The notes below the pieces were generated by a model. It did not search any database, had not been told where the DNA came from, and worked only from the letters and a program-made list of their open reading frames with translations. From assembly GCA_973895155.1 (NCBI GenBank), contig OZ316895.1, forward strand, positions 18,423,880-18,487,879: a stretch of 64,000 bases of DNA, given 5' to 3'. Below, in pieces: positions 34,257 to 45,854 of the stretch; the first letter of the stretch is position 1, and each line of letters starts with the position of its first letter. Made by a program: the position numbers and the translations under genes. The DNA is from Marsupella aquatica. Taxonomy: Eukaryota; Plantae; Marchantiophyta.

Positions 34257-35777
34257 CTAAATCGGCAAAAGCTTATGATTTGCGGCCAGGCCTGCCAACC
34301 AAGTAGGACATTGCCCTAGCATATGACCTTCCTGTCGGCATCCCATACATAGTTGAGCTGGTTGTCCATCACCCTGTTTGCGTGCATTCGGGCATTCTCT
34401 AGCAAAATGGCCAGGTTGACCACAATTATAGCACGCCGCAAATCTTTGCACATTCGGCCTAGGAGGTACTGACGGGTTCTGAATAATCCGAGGATACATC
34501 TCTCCTGGATTGTTCCTTAACCCTGACCACAGAGATGCAGGTCTGTTGGATAGGTCTCGTGCTCCAGTCTCACTGATGCCGAAAACACTATCAGCGGCAT
34601 CTCCTAAAAAGTACTCTACTTCTCCCTGACATGGTTTGATCTCGGCCACATGCCGAACATGATTAGTATTAAGCTTAGGACACGCATCTTTATGGTGTCC
34701 GGTTTTATAACATAAGGCACACCATACAGAGCTATCCTCCTGTACTACCTTCTTCTTTGGTTTTACCTCTGCAATGATAGCCTTAAGTTGCTCGGTAAGG
34801 GCTACGATGTTATCTGGTGGCTTAGCCTCCATCTTGACTTTCGTCTTCCCTCTCCTTCTGCCCTTCCTTTTCCTAGTTTTTTCTTCTTCAGAACTAGAAG
34901 ATGACTCACTCTTGCTACTCCCACTATCCGAGCTTGACTTATCACTTCTAGACTTCTTGGGATGTTTCTTCTTCTTATCTTTTCTCTTATGGGGTGATCC
35001 CTCCTCTGATGAGGAACTCTCAGACTTAAGCTGTTTCTTCCGGCTTGTGATATCTGCATTAATGTATAATTGAATATCCTTAATTGCTTCGGCTAAAGTC
35101 TCCGGGTTCTCCTTCCTAATTGCAAAACTCATCTTCTGTGGCAAAGCATTCACCAACCATTGAAGTTGCATACCTTCAGATGCATTGGTCTTTGTACGTC
35201 TTACCAGTTTCTGAAAGCGTTGCAAGAACTTCCTGAAGGATTTGTTCTCCTTGAACCGAAGTTGTCCCAACTTCAGCACTGCTAGTTCTGAAGTTCCAAT
35301 GGGTCGAAACTCCTTAACAAAGAGTGTTTTGAAGATATCCCAGATGGCTTGATCTTCCACATCTAATGCTCTGTACCAAGGCCTAGCCTCACCCTTGAAC
35401 AGGCCGGGAAGAATCTGCATCTTGATGGCCGATTCTCCATTTGCTGCAGCGGTTCCCTCGAAATCATCCAACCATTCGTCCGGATCCTCATCTCCTCTCC
35501 CATGAAATGCCTTGTAATGTATGCGTGACCGCTGGCTCAATCTGGTCCCTGGCCTCTCGTCTGGCCGTGCCTCTGGTTCCCCCATGTCAGTTGGAGACTC
35601 ACTTCTCCTTACCGACTCTTCTTCTGGTATGTCTTCTTCGACGCCACTTCCAGTTTCGGAGCTACCAGCTCTTTCTGCCCCTCTCAGTCGCTGTGTATCA
35701 TGCCACCCGGCGAGCTGCTGCAGTCGAGCTCTCTCCCGTTGAATCACTCTTTCTTCCCTCGGCGTAAAGTCAGTCAT
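34257..35777 (-). CDS. gag: Family-A gag with CCHC zinc knuckles
   Basis: FHGRGDEDPDEWLDDF capsid-like start; knuckles CALCYKTGHHKDAC, CYNCGQPGHFAREC, CMGCRQEGHMLGQC. Confidence 0.9.
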   Translation of the reverse strand: MTDFTPREERVIQRERARLQQLAGWHDTQRLRGAERAGSSETGSGVEEDIPEEESVRRSESPTDMGEPEARPDERPGTRLSQRSRIHYKAFHGRGDEDPDEWLDDFEGTAAANGESAIKMQILPGLFKGEARPWYRALDVEDQAIWDIFKTLFVKEFRPIGTSELAVLKLGQLRFKENKSFRKFLQRFQKLVRRTKTNASEGMQLQWLVNALPQKMSFAIRKENPETLAEAIKDIQLYINADITSRKKQLKSESSSSEEGSPHKRKDKKKKHPKKSRSDKSSSDSGSSKSESSSSSEEEKTRKRKGRRRGKTKVKMEAKPPDNIVALTEQLKAIIAEVKPKKKVVQEDSSVWCALCYKTGHHKDACPKLNTNHVRHVAEIKPCQGEVEYFLGDAADSVFGISETGARDLSNRPASLWSGLRNNPGEMYPRIIQNPSVPPRPNVQRFAACYNCGQPGHFARECPNARKQGDGQPAQLCMGCRQEGHMLGQCPTWLAGLAANHKLLPI

Positions 35778-35821
35778 TACCTACGCTTCCGTTCTAACTT
35801 CATATCTCACGGCTTAAGAAA

Positions 35822-35842
35822 TGCCCCCTCCATCTAGCGCCA
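35822..35842 (-). promoter_or_regulatory. Primer-binding site of family A
   Basis: TGGCGCTAGATGGAGGGGGCA 4 nt after the LTR end CCACA; identical to the element C PBS. Confidence 0.8.
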
Positions 35843-35846
35843 AAAA

Positions 35847-38800
35847 TGTGGTGCGTCCCATGGCTCCCTAAACCCAAGAAACCCCCCAGCTCAAGCCGAT
35901 TCCCGCAGGTTTCGTGCTTGGCGAGGCCGTTTCCGCGGCTTAGCGGCATGGGACGCTGCTAACCTTCTACTACTACTATTAACATTTTACACACATATAC
36001 TGGACAGATCCTTCATCGGGTCATGAGATACGTAGCCGGCCTAATATAGGCCTTCCCCTGTCTTCCCCTCCGTCTTGTTAGGTATGTTTGGATTCCGCCG
36101 CCGGAATGATCCCCAATAGGCTTGGTTAAGCCGCTAAGACCTCTCTCAGCTCGACACATCCAACTCTCACTCCCCTGCTTACTTTCCTTCCTTCTGTTGA
36201 TGTGGGCACTCTTCACACAAGTTAATGCGACACACAAATAGCAAAATGACTCATTCTGACTGAGTCATACCATGCACTTGCCATACAAACAGTACATCTC
36301 ATACACAAGTTCTGCGAACTAAGCCGTGAGGCCAACTCTATTCAGCTCTTAGGCATGAGGAAACATGAATATACACAAGGGTCACTGTATGACTAACCGA
36401 GAGCTTCTCGTACTACTTGATCCCAGCCCGGCTGGTGCAAACTAAAAACTTGCTAAAGAAGAGGCCCTGAGCTCCCCGCTGCCCAGGTACTTATCCTGGT
36501 AGTGGATCCGCCATTCTTTGCATCGTAAGCCTAATCTACTTAACAGTAATCTACTTGCCCGAATCTACCTATGTACAGCAAGGCAGGAGCACAAGTGTTG
36601 CTCCTACCAGTGGGACCGCAATCCCACTAAGCTAAGTGTCAGGGCCGCTCCTGGTTCTAATCCTAATCCTAAACGTGGAGATCCGCGCCCGCCCTGCCCA
36701 CTCACGCCTCCTCCCTCCACGTCCGCCGTCCCTAAAAGGAACGGCGCCCTTGCACCGTCACGACACCGGTGGTGGATCCTTAATGGACGCCCCCAACGCT
36801 TCCTCCTCAGCCACTGCCGTAGGCTCATTCCCTGACAGATTACCTGCCCTTGACTGAGTCAACTCTCCATCGGCCTGACTGGGTCCACCATCGGCGTCGG
36901 CATCGGCTCGAGAATCGGTTACGGCCTCAGCCTCGGCTACGGTCTCCCCGGCCTGCTCAAGAGGCGGATCTGGAATACTGGCCTCCTTACTGAGTAGTTC
37001 GGCTTGGGCCGCACCATCCCTACCTGTGATCATAGCGGGATCTATTGCCGTATTCATGTCGGAGGATGGTGCTGGTTCTACCTCTTTGGTCACCACGGCT
37101 TGTGGAGTCGGATTACTCCTTGACCCTTAAGGTTTCCGCTTTTTCTTCTTTTCTGGTTCGGCAGCTGGTCCCTTCCCCTTCCCACTTACCTCCGGCACTG
37201 GTGCAGTTGGCGCGGCTTTTTCTTCGGCCAGTACCACTCCTGGTAACTTGGTTGCCCCAATTGGAGTTGGGCCTGATGAAGACAAGCACCTAAATACTGC
37301 GGCTTGTTTCTTCAGCCGCTCCGTTTGGTTGTCGGCCCGCCGTTGGAGGTTCTCCATCTTCCTCGTGATTTCCTCCAACTCCTCCTGGGTCTCATCCAGG
37401 TCCTTGCGTGCCTCCTCTAGTTCCTTCTGGGCTTCCTCCCGTTCTTGTTTCAAGGTAGTCCTCTCCTCCTGGGTTGCTTTTAGCTCCTTGTCGAGCTCTG
37501 CAATGATGACAGACTCCATCTGGTTCATCTTGGCGTAAGTCTGTTCGAGCATCTCGTCCTTCTCCCTTAGGTCGGCCTTGAAGCTGGCCGTCAGGGACGC
37601 AAGCTCCTGCTGCAGCGCCATAATCCCTTGATAGGATTTCCCTAACTCGGCCTCCTTCTGCTCAAGGGCTCCGCGGATTTTCTCGAGCTCCCCTTTCAAC
37701 GCCCATTCCTTTCTTTGGGTCTCCGCCATGGCCCGGCTGTTGGCTGTTATGTGGGCCTCCTCTATATTCTTCAGCTCTTGCTTCCACTTCTCCCTCTCTT
37801 TGATCGTGTCGGCCAACTCTTCCTGCGTCTGAGTCAGTTTATCCTTGATATTCTGATTATCAGCCTGCGCGGTGTCCAACTGCCCCTGCATGATGTTCAG
37901 CTCATGTCGTTTAATCCGCAGTTCATCTTGGGCTTTCTTGGCCGCCCCTAGATCTTCAATCTCGGCTTCCATCCTCCTAAGCCGCCGAATGACCTCGTCC
38001 TTCTTGCTTCTCTCTAAAGCCACCGCTTCTTCTAATTGGTGCTTCTCCAACTGCTCCCTATGGAAAAAGGGTCCTACCTCCAACTCCTCTCCAAAGATGC
38101 CGAGCGCAAGTTCCCCACACATCTCACCATACTCCATGGCTCTATTCTTAGCGTAGGTGGAGTAAGTAGAAGTGATCGGCATCGCCCATCGCGGCCTCTG
38201 CTCCCAAGCCGTCCTGCGGATCTCTTCAATCGTGGCTAGAGGTTTGCTTCCTTTTTTGGCTAGCCGCCTGATGTCCTCCGGCCAATCTCCTCCTGGTAAA
38301 TCCTTTTCCTTAGCCAGGGCGGCCTCCTCCTCCTGCTTGATTCGCTCCTGAAATTCCTGCACCGTCTGTTTTATGCCGTCGAAGCTCGGGGGAGCAACAT
38401 CTGGTGGGGGAGACTCAGGGCTACTCTGCTGGTTGGGGTCCCCTCGCACTACCCTTGGAAGTGTGGGGACAAACCGGCCACAGGTCCTTACTCCTGGAAC
38501 GTGATGGTCCGACCCATAGCCGGAATTATCATGGCTGCAGTCCTCCACTGCCTCCTCTACCTCTTGGACGTCCGGCTTCTCCCTCTCCTCTTCGTCGGTA
38601 GGAGCTTCAGGCAATTCTGCCTCAGATTCGGAGCTTGAGGTTCCCACGTACATTCGAACACCTGGCTTGGATTCCGGCCTGATTCTCTCCTTGTCTCCAG
38701 CAAAGGGGTTTTCTCTTGTGAGCCGGTGTAGGCCTACCTCTGTAGTAGTGTCCTGCATTGTTGCCGTTGCCGTTGTTGTTGCCGATGCCAATTTCTTTTC

Positions 38801-40505
38801 TTTCTCCAGTAGTTTCAGCAGACTCTGCATGCCTGGTTGCTGCATCGGCAAGTCTTCCTTCCTGGGCCTAAACACCTGCTCGATCGTAGGACTAACAGGT
38901 GGTTGAGGCTTCTCAGCCAACGGCCTCGGCGTTGGAGCTTCCTCGGGTGCCCTTACCTGTAGGGGAAGTACCGGGGCAAAAGTCTGACCTCTGGCATACC
39001 GGCACAACAGCGGCATGTGATAGCCCAGCCGCGACACGCTCCCCATGCCGATTACCTACTGCTCCTCCTTTAAGATCTTCTTCAATTGGTTGAGGAGGTA
39101 CCCGTTGTAGTCCCGGCTTGGGTCTGGCCTTTCTGCCAGATAGACCTGTGCCTTGCCGATCTCTGCCCTCGGCAAGTTACAATGCATGGTCACCCGCAAG
39201 AAGTCGATCATCTCTCCTATGTGCGGGTTGGTGCAGGTGTTCCGGAAGAAGCCATTCTTCGTTGATGGCCCGGGGAACGACCGGAACTCCTTGTCAGGCA
39301 AGGTCTTCCTGGTATCAACTTTGGTCTTATTGCCTATCGGCAGGCCAAACACTTCGGCAATTACCTTGGGAGTAAGATAGAAATCCTTCCCATATATCCT
39401 CGTGCAATTGGTCTCGGGTTCCCATGACCCCACGAATTCTAATAGGTCTGACTCCGGTACCTCCGGCTTCAGCCATGGTAATCTTACAAAGGCCTCCAAG
39501 CCGGATCCGGCCATGAAGCCTTGGTACTTCTTGGTCTGCATGGCCGTAAAGCATGCATCCTCCTCCCGTGCAAAATGTAGTTGCACCTCCACCGGTAGGG
39601 TTGCCGCCCAGCCCTTCCAGGTGTCATCCCTGGTTGGAATGGCCTTGATGGGATCGACCTCCTCCTCTTCGGCTTCTCCCTGCCTCCTGTTCTGCTGCTC
39701 GGCTGGCTTCTTTGGTGCCGCCGACCTCGTTCTTTTTGCCGGGGTGGCTTCATCGTTGACGGCTCCCTTCCTCTTCATCTCTGCTGCCGTGGAGGTTTCT
39801 CCTAGCACCGTTGCCTGGGTCCACCTTTCCGTGCTACCCTTTAATTCCCAGTGTATGTCGTTGCAGTTCTTGATGGCCTCTCGGATGCCGACGACGCTGT
39901 CTTTGCAAAACAGAAGATCGTCGAGTTGATTGGAAGTAGGCATCCACAGGAACTCGTCCTTGATGAGTTCGCCTCCTAAGAAAGCCGTCTTCTGCAGCTC
40001 CCACAATCGAGCGAGCTCCTGCCGTTCTCGAGCTGCCCTTTCTGATTCCTCATCCTCGTAAGTCTTGATGTACTCAGTTGCCCGTTCGAACAGGCATCCC
40101 CAGAAATGTGCCGCTTGATTGACGTTGCTCATACCCTCCTTAGGTCGATCGTCGGTATCTACTCTCTCCCCGAGTGCTTGCCTAAGCAGCTGACAGTAGT
40201 TGGCCTCCCGTAGTCGTCTGCCTAGTTCGTGCTCGCAAATGAGCCACCATCTCCTGCAAGCGCTCCTTACCCCTCTCCTCTGCCGGTCCTTCTTCCCGTT
40301 GATCCTTCCTAGCCGCCGACGCTTAACGCGCCCTAACCCTAATCGGGTTTTCACCCTCAGCCTTACCTCCGGCCTCGGCCCGGGTTCCATGGTTGCCCCT
40401 AATTGTTTATATTTTCCTTGTTTTGTCCCTATACTAAGGTGTTCCTAGGGTGCCTTCCTGCTTTACCCACTTAACCGGCCGAGTGATTCCTGTCTAGGCA
40501 TCACA
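35847..40505 (-). repeat. Family-A LTR, 4659 bp (shared central LTR)
   Basis: Near-identical to 24955-29622; has a PBS on one side and a PPT/pol end on the other. Confidence 0.92.
36758..40132 (-). pseudogene. LTR-encoded accessory protein, second copy, two in-frame stops
   Basis: ORFs 39056-40390, 37127-39046 and 36758-37096 lie in one frame; stops at 39056 (shared with the other LTR) and 37127 (private). Confidence 0.8.
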
Positions 40506-43500
40506 TAGCTCCCCACTTAATTGTGAAGCGTCCTCGCGAACAACTTCATCTTCGTCCATATAGTATTTCTTGAGGCGGTCATAATGGATGCGAACTGGAT
40601 ATACCTCTCCCGTAATGTTGGCCAATTGTACGGAGCCATTGGGGAACATCATGGTTACTCTAAAGGGTCCTAACCAGCGAGTGTAAAGCTTTCCTGGAAA
40701 CCTACTATACCTACTGTCATAAAGTAGCACAAGATCACCGGTATGAATACTAACTACTTTTAACCTTTTATCATACTGCTGCTTCATGATATTCTGTCTA
40801 TATTCTACTCTCTCGGCTGAAATCATTCTCGCTTCCTCTAAAGCTTCTAACCTATATTCTCGCTCCTTTAGGCTCTCCTCCGCTGAGGCTCTTTCCTCAA
40901 TTGTAACTTGAAATGTCGGTATCTCAAGTTGCATGGGTACCAGGGCTTCTTGTCCAAAGGTTAAGAAGAAGGGTGTATGACCGGTAGTGGATTTATAGGC
41001 AAGATTGTAAGCAAAAACAGCAGCAAACAATTTATCATCCCAATCGAGTTTGTTCTGAGCTACTGTCTTGTTCAATATCTTTCCTATAATTCCGTTTGCT
41101 CGTTCTGTCAACCCGTTTGCCTTTGGATGGTAGGGAGTAGTAGGCCTATGTTTAACTAAATACTGCTCATTTAAACGACTAATTATATCATTCAAAAAAT
41201 GGGTTCCTCTATCACTAACTAATTCTAGGGGTGCTCCATACCTGGTGAAGATCTGCTCATACATGAATCTAGCCGTAGTAATTGCATCATCCTTCGTTGT
41301 TGGTCTGGCCTCTACCCATTTAGTTGCATAATCCGTAGCCAGGATTATGTACTTGTTCCGTCGAGGGTGGGTCAGTGGTTTCAGAGGTCCAATGTAATCA
41401 ATACCCCACTTCTCGAATGGTGCCAGAGGTAGAATAGGGTGTAGTGGATGCCTGGTGGACGCCCTTGGTCCTCCCGCTCGTTGACAAGGATCGCATTGTT
41501 TGATAAACTGATAGACATCTTTGTGCAAGGTGGGCCACCAGTAACCGGCATTTAATATCTTTTTAGACGTGGTTACTGGGGCAAAATGTCCTCCGGCCTC
41601 CTCTCCATGCATGGCCCGTAGGACTCGTTTTACCTCTCTCTTTTCCAAACATCTTTGAATCGTGCCGTTGATTCCATGCTTGTGCAGTATGCCTTTAATG
41701 CACTGATACTGTCTGACCTTCCGCACAAAGACTGCGGCTTGCTCTCGGCTTAATCCTGGCTGTAATCTGGAAGTGCTGAGAAATTGTAAAATCTCAGGGT
41801 ACCATGTACCAGCTATTTCCACAACGAATAGCTCCTCGTCGGGGAATCGATCATCGATGCAATCCGTGGCAAGTTTACCTGTGATCCTTGAAAAGAAGTC
41901 GGCATTGGCATGTAACTTTCCCGGCTTGATCCTCAGCTCATAGTCAAACTCCTGTAATAGCAAAATCCATCTTGCTACTCTGCCTGTAAGGTCCGGCTTA
42001 TTAACTAGGTACTTCAAACTTTCGTGATCAGTATGAAAGATTACCTTGTACCCTAGTAAATAATGCCTAAACTTTTTACAAGAATAAATGACTCCTAATG
42101 CTTCTCTTTCCGTGGTAGAGTAGTTCCGTTCGGCATCGGCAAGCTGACGGCTTGCGAAGTATATGGGATGGTCCCTTCCTTTCTCATCCAACTGACTTAG
42201 TACTGAGCCAATACAGAAGCCCGAGACATCTACAAAAACATGAAAATCTTTGTTCCAGTCCGGTGCTATCATGACTGGGGCCTCTACTAACATCTGCTTC
42301 AATTCTACCACCGCTGTGACTCGTTCGGGTGTGGGTTCGAAGTCTGCTCCTGCCTTGAGCATATTGGTTAATGGTAAAGCTAGCTTGGCAAAATCCTTGA
42401 TGAACCGGCGATAGTAACCAATGCATCCCAAGAAGGATCTTACATCCTTTATGTTCTTAGGTTGCATGATATCTAGCCATACTGCTAGCTTACCTTTGTC
42501 AATCTCAATGCCCTTCCTTGATACCTTGTGACCTAGTAGCACCCCCTCGGTTACTGCAAAAAAACATTTATCTGGGTGTAACTTGAGACCCACCTCTCTA
42601 CATCTCATGAAGGTTTTCCTGAGGTATTTAGCATGTTTCGATGCCTTCCCGAATACTGCAAAGTCATCAATGAAGATTTCCATGAACTTTCTCAAGTAAT
42701 CATGAAAAATGTTCACCATTAATCGTTGGAACATAGCTGGTGCGTTGCAGAGTCCAAACGGCATACGATTGAAGACATAGATCCCCCATTCCGTGATGAA
42801 GGCCGTCTTGATTTGGTCTTCCTGCCGAATCCTGATTTGGTTATAACTAGAGTATCCATCCATGAATGAATATAGTTCATGACTGGCTACCATGTCTAGT
42901 ACCATATCAGTAAACGGTAAAGGAAAATGGTCTTTTAATGTTGCTTCATTCAGCTTCCTGTAATCCTGACAAACCCGGATCTTGGGTTTACCATCGGGTC
43001 CAGCTTTCTTGGGAACTATCACAATTGGAGACACCCAGTCTGAATGCAGGATTGGAGTGATGAATCCAGCTTCCACTAGTTTGTCGATTTCTGTTTTGAC
43101 CAGCAGGGAATACTTCGGGTTCATCCTTCGAATTGGTTGTCGAAATGATTTGGCTCCTAACATGAGATCAATTCGATGTTCCCCTAGTGTTGGATCTACT
43201 CCCTTTAGATCTTGGTGACTCCATGCAAACACATCCTGAAATTCAATCAATAAGTCACTGATCTCTTTCTCGAGCTCAGGTGCTAGGTTTCTCCCTAAGT
43301 TCAGTTCTCTTCCCTCTCCTAAGTCGAGCTTCCGATATTGCCGTGCTTGGATCATATTAATCTGCTTCTTCAAATTCGGGTCCAGTTCGGCTTCCAGTCT
43401 CTCTAATCTCATACCTCCATAAACTGGGATCTCGGCTGGACTAGCCGAGTCGGTCCCTTCCTTGGTGTCCATAGATTGTCCCCTTACCGGTCTATTCGGT

Positions 43501-43760
43501 TTTGAATTAGTGGTCGGCTCCCCTTCCTGCCTTGGCTCTGGATCGTGTCTGTCCATCTCATCCACCTCTTGCTCCTGAGAGTTAGGCCGCTGTGCTCTCT
43601 CGGCTTCTAATAGGGCCTCAATTTGTTCTGCCCTCGTAATCGGCTTGTATGCCGATCCCTTGGTATTTAATTCCTTGCCGATGATCGATGGCGTTGTGGA
43701 CCCCGTCGGCTCTGCCACAACGCCTGCAGAAAATCCACTGTCCCTGCTACTGCTCCCCAC
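40494..43760 (-). CDS. pol: Family-A pol, second tandem copy
   Basis: The 1088-aa translation appears identical to 29611-32877. Confidence 0.92.
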   Translation of the reverse strand: MGSSSRDSGFSAGVVAEPTGSTTPSIIGKELNTKGSAYKPITRAEQIEALLEAERAQRPNSQEQEVDEMDRHDPEPRQEGEPTTNSKPNRPVRGQSMDTKEGTDSASPAEIPVYGGMRLERLEAELDPNLKKQINMIQARQYRKLDLGEGRELNLGRNLAPELEKEISDLLIEFQDVFAWSHQDLKGVDPTLGEHRIDLMLGAKSFRQPIRRMNPKYSLLVKTEIDKLVEAGFITPILHSDWVSPIVIVPKKAGPDGKPKIRVCQDYRKLNEATLKDHFPLPFTDMVLDMVASHELYSFMDGYSSYNQIRIRQEDQIKTAFITEWGIYVFNRMPFGLCNAPAMFQRLMVNIFHDYLRKFMEIFIDDFAVFGKASKHAKYLRKTFMRCREVGLKLHPDKCFFAVTEGVLLGHKVSRKGIEIDKGKLAVWLDIMQPKNIKDVRSFLGCIGYYRRFIKDFAKLALPLTNMLKAGADFEPTPERVTAVVELKQMLVEAPVMIAPDWNKDFHVFVDVSGFCIGSVLSQLDEKGRDHPIYFASRQLADAERNYSTTEREALGVIYSCKKFRHYLLGYKVIFHTDHESLKYLVNKPDLTGRVARWILLLQEFDYELRIKPGKLHANADFFSRITGKLATDCIDDRFPDEELFVVEIAGTWYPEILQFLSTSRLQPGLSREQAAVFVRKVRQYQCIKGILHKHGINGTIQRCLEKREVKRVLRAMHGEEAGGHFAPVTTSKKILNAGYWWPTLHKDVYQFIKQCDPCQRAGGPRASTRHPLHPILPLAPFEKWGIDYIGPLKPLTHPRRNKYIILATDYATKWVEARPTTKDDAITTARFMYEQIFTRYGAPLELVSDRGTHFLNDIISRLNEQYLVKHRPTTPYHPKANGLTERANGIIGKILNKTVAQNKLDWDDKLFAAVFAYNLAYKSTTGHTPFFLTFGQEALVPMQLEIPTFQVTIEERASAEESLKEREYRLEALEEARMISAERVEYRQNIMKQQYDKRLKVVSIHTGDLVLLYDSRYSRFPGKLYTRWLGPFRVTMMFPNGSVQLANITGEVYPVRIHYDRLKKYYMDEDEVVREDASQLSGELCDA

Positions 43761-44806
43761 TTAGCCGTTTCATCCAATTGGTCTACATCCTTTACTTCCT
43801 CCGGAATTGCAGCTAAAAAGGTGGATTCTATTGTAAAGCAGTCCTCGACCTCTTCGTCTTCTTCTTCCAAGTCACCTTCCATTGGTTCTTGCCATAATCC
43901 GCTGGGGGCTACCTCTAGTCCAAAGACTCCTTCTTCGGTTAGGTTAGTGAGGCATTCTAACCAACGTACTTCATCGGCTGACTCCAGTCCACTGTCGTAC
44001 CCATCTACTTCCCTTATGCTTTTCCTACGGTCATCCTTAGTGTCCCAGGATACCGTGATAGAGGGGGTTCCGAAAGTGAACTGCTTTTTACCCCAATCTT
44101 CTATTACCTCGGCTAGGTACAGCCATGGCCTACCAATCAATAGCCGGAATGACGTAGGATTTACCGGCTTCATTACTACATAGTTAATGCTAAAGAAGAT
44201 ACCTCCTATCTCTATCTTGATGCCGGTTAACACTCCCGTAGGAATGACCTGATATCCATTGGCCATGTTCAACACTCTTCCAGTCATCTCCGGTGTTAGA
44301 CCCCACCCTTTTGCTGTTGAATCAATCATAATACATACCCCTGATCCTCCATCGATGGGTACCCGTAGTAATAATTCTCCTTGAATCATTAATGGTAATG
44401 CTGGGGCTCCTTGATCTTCTTCTATCATTAGTACGTCGGATCTGGTTGCTACCTTGGGTAATCTCGGCTTGCCGAGAATAGCCTTCCTTAATTGCTTCCG
44501 AAAATACGGGCTATTTTTCAATAGTTGACCTACTGTTGCCGAGACTCTAGATTCTAGTACATCTTTAGCCAGGTCATAGGGAACAATCGGCTTCTCTTCT
44601 GGTGGTGTTTCCGTCTTGGATTCGGCCAGTTTTGCCACGCTAGTCTCCACAGCTGTTGGGTCTTCCGAAGCAAACAATGCTTTTGCTCGTTTTACTGGGC
44701 GTTTAACAGTTACCCATAGCCGCCGGTACTTAGCGCGCCCTAACCCTAATCGTGTTCCCTCTCCCGACGTCCTTACTTCTGGCCTCGGCTTGGGTTCCAT
44801 AGTCAC
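43667..44806 (-). CDS. Chimeric ORF: solo-LTR-D ORF start, B-LTR remnant, then family-A protease
   Basis: MTMEPKPRPEV...LGLGR comes from LTR D; VKRAKALFASEDP onward matches the protease ORF 32784-33899; junction at 44694-44695. Confidence 0.7.
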   Translation of the reverse strand: MTMEPKPRPEVRTSGEGTRLGLGRAKYRRLWVTVKRPVKRAKALFASEDPTAVETSVAKLAESKTETPPEEKPIVPYDLAKDVLESRVSATVGQLLKNSPYFRKQLRKAILGKPRLPKVATRSDVLMIEEDQGAPALPLMIQGELLLRVPIDGGSGVCIMIDSTAKGWGLTPEMTGRVLNMANGYQVIPTGVLTGIKIEIGGIFFSINYVVMKPVNPTSFRLLIGRPWLYLAEVIEDWGKKQFTFGTPSITVSWDTKDDRRKSIREVDGYDSGLESADEVRWLECLTNLTEEGVFGLEVAPSGLWQEPMEGDLEEEDEEVEDCFTIESTFLAAIPEEVKDVDQLDETAKWGAVAGTVDFLQALWQSRRGPQRHRSSARN

Positions 44807-45854
44807 CCTTAATTGTTTATATTTTCCTTGTTTTTGTTACTATACTAATGTGTTTCCAGCGTACACTCCTGATTTTACCATTTAAATTGGCCTAGTGATT
44901 CCTGGCTAGGCATCACACCTCCCGATGCCATAAGCCGGAACCAGAACCTACGCCCACTGTTCGTCTAGAACAGCTCCTTCCTTGGGCGCAGTCCAAGTTC
45001 CCCCTTGTACCTATCCATCACTAATTGACCGCCCTAACCTCAAGACATGCTCATGGCCCAAATAGCGTAGCTTGTCCTAAAGCTTGTCCTAACACGCCGG
45101 GACCAGACTGGTCCCGACTCTAGCAACCAACTCTCGGTTTGCCCCACTGATGGTCTAGGGACCAAGTACTCTTGGAACTCAACCTCCATACCTACTTGGC
45201 CTTGCCTCCCCAATGCAAGCTCCCTTGGGAGACGGAACGCGGCTTGGCTACTGTTCGACAGGATTTGGCAAGTGGGGGAGTTAACACCCGCAAACCCCGA
45301 GAACCCAAGGTGCCCCCAGACCTAGCTGAGCTCAGCAGGGCGTAGCCCTCCTCAAGAGCTTTCCAACGCACCCAAGAAGTCCTCCAACGGACTTCCCGTT
45401 GGGAAGATATCGTCGTTTCCGTTTGACGGTTTCCCCTAGTGTCGTGACCGCCGCGGCTCACGACTTCTGCTCGCCCTTAGGGGTATAGCGACCGAGACAG
45501 CAAACAGGCAAACAGCAAATACTTTTCCTGTTTGCCTTATGCTGTTACCAGGAAAAAACATCTTGTACCAGGGGAAAGAACACACAATCAGGAGTTTAGA
45601 ATTGTTTAAGTTGGAGTTAGGCCATTGCGGTGAGGGAGGATACCATGTCATGAATCGTTGAACCACATAATAATTAAACCTCATATCCCAACACAAACAA
45701 GGGGGAGCATACATAAAAATGTCAAGGAATGCGCACAAAAATGGTAGGTCCCACCACAATCGGCAACAAAATATATAAAAATAATACAAAATGAATGCAT
45801 CCCAAAACTTTATGGTATTATATGGTCCAAAATAAAAGCGAACAACGTCTTGAC

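Larger units (their letters stand above)
24955..44695 (-). mobile_element. Young family-A Ty3/gypsy tandem array: LTR-internal-LTR-internal(truncated), period about 10.88 kb
   Basis: 24955-33812 is repeated at 35847-44695 with few differences; inserted into the integrase tail of B. Confidence 0.92.
17700..44708 (+). mobile_element. Ty3/gypsy element B (non-chromovirus type), 3' LTR almost entirely deleted
   Basis: TSD GTTAC at 17695-17699 and 44709-44713. Only the last 15 nt of the 3' LTR (ACTGGGCGTTTAACA, 44694-44708) remain, identical to 18846-18860. Confidence 0.88.
13210..44917 (-). mobile_element. Family-A solo LTR D (13210-17699 plus 44714-44917), split by element B
   Basis: Starts TGTGGCGCGTCCCATGG, ends CTAGGCATCACA; TSD CCTCC at 13205-13209 and 44918-44922; the two halves are collinear with the intact LTR 24955-29622. 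Confidence 0.9.

Noticed and set aside
34257-34259. Programmed stop read-through between gag and protease in family A
   Set aside because: Related element C is open at this position and has its TAG elsewhere (56974); a CAG-to-TAG mutation is simpler.
45265-45280. GTGGG near 45271 as the second TSD of LTR E
   Set aside because: Not directly preceded by the family terminus CATCACA and not followed by LINE sequence.
45477-45490. TTA|GGGG as a PIF/Harbinger terminus
   Set aside because: The transposase motifs are Mutator-like and no matching inverted end is visible.
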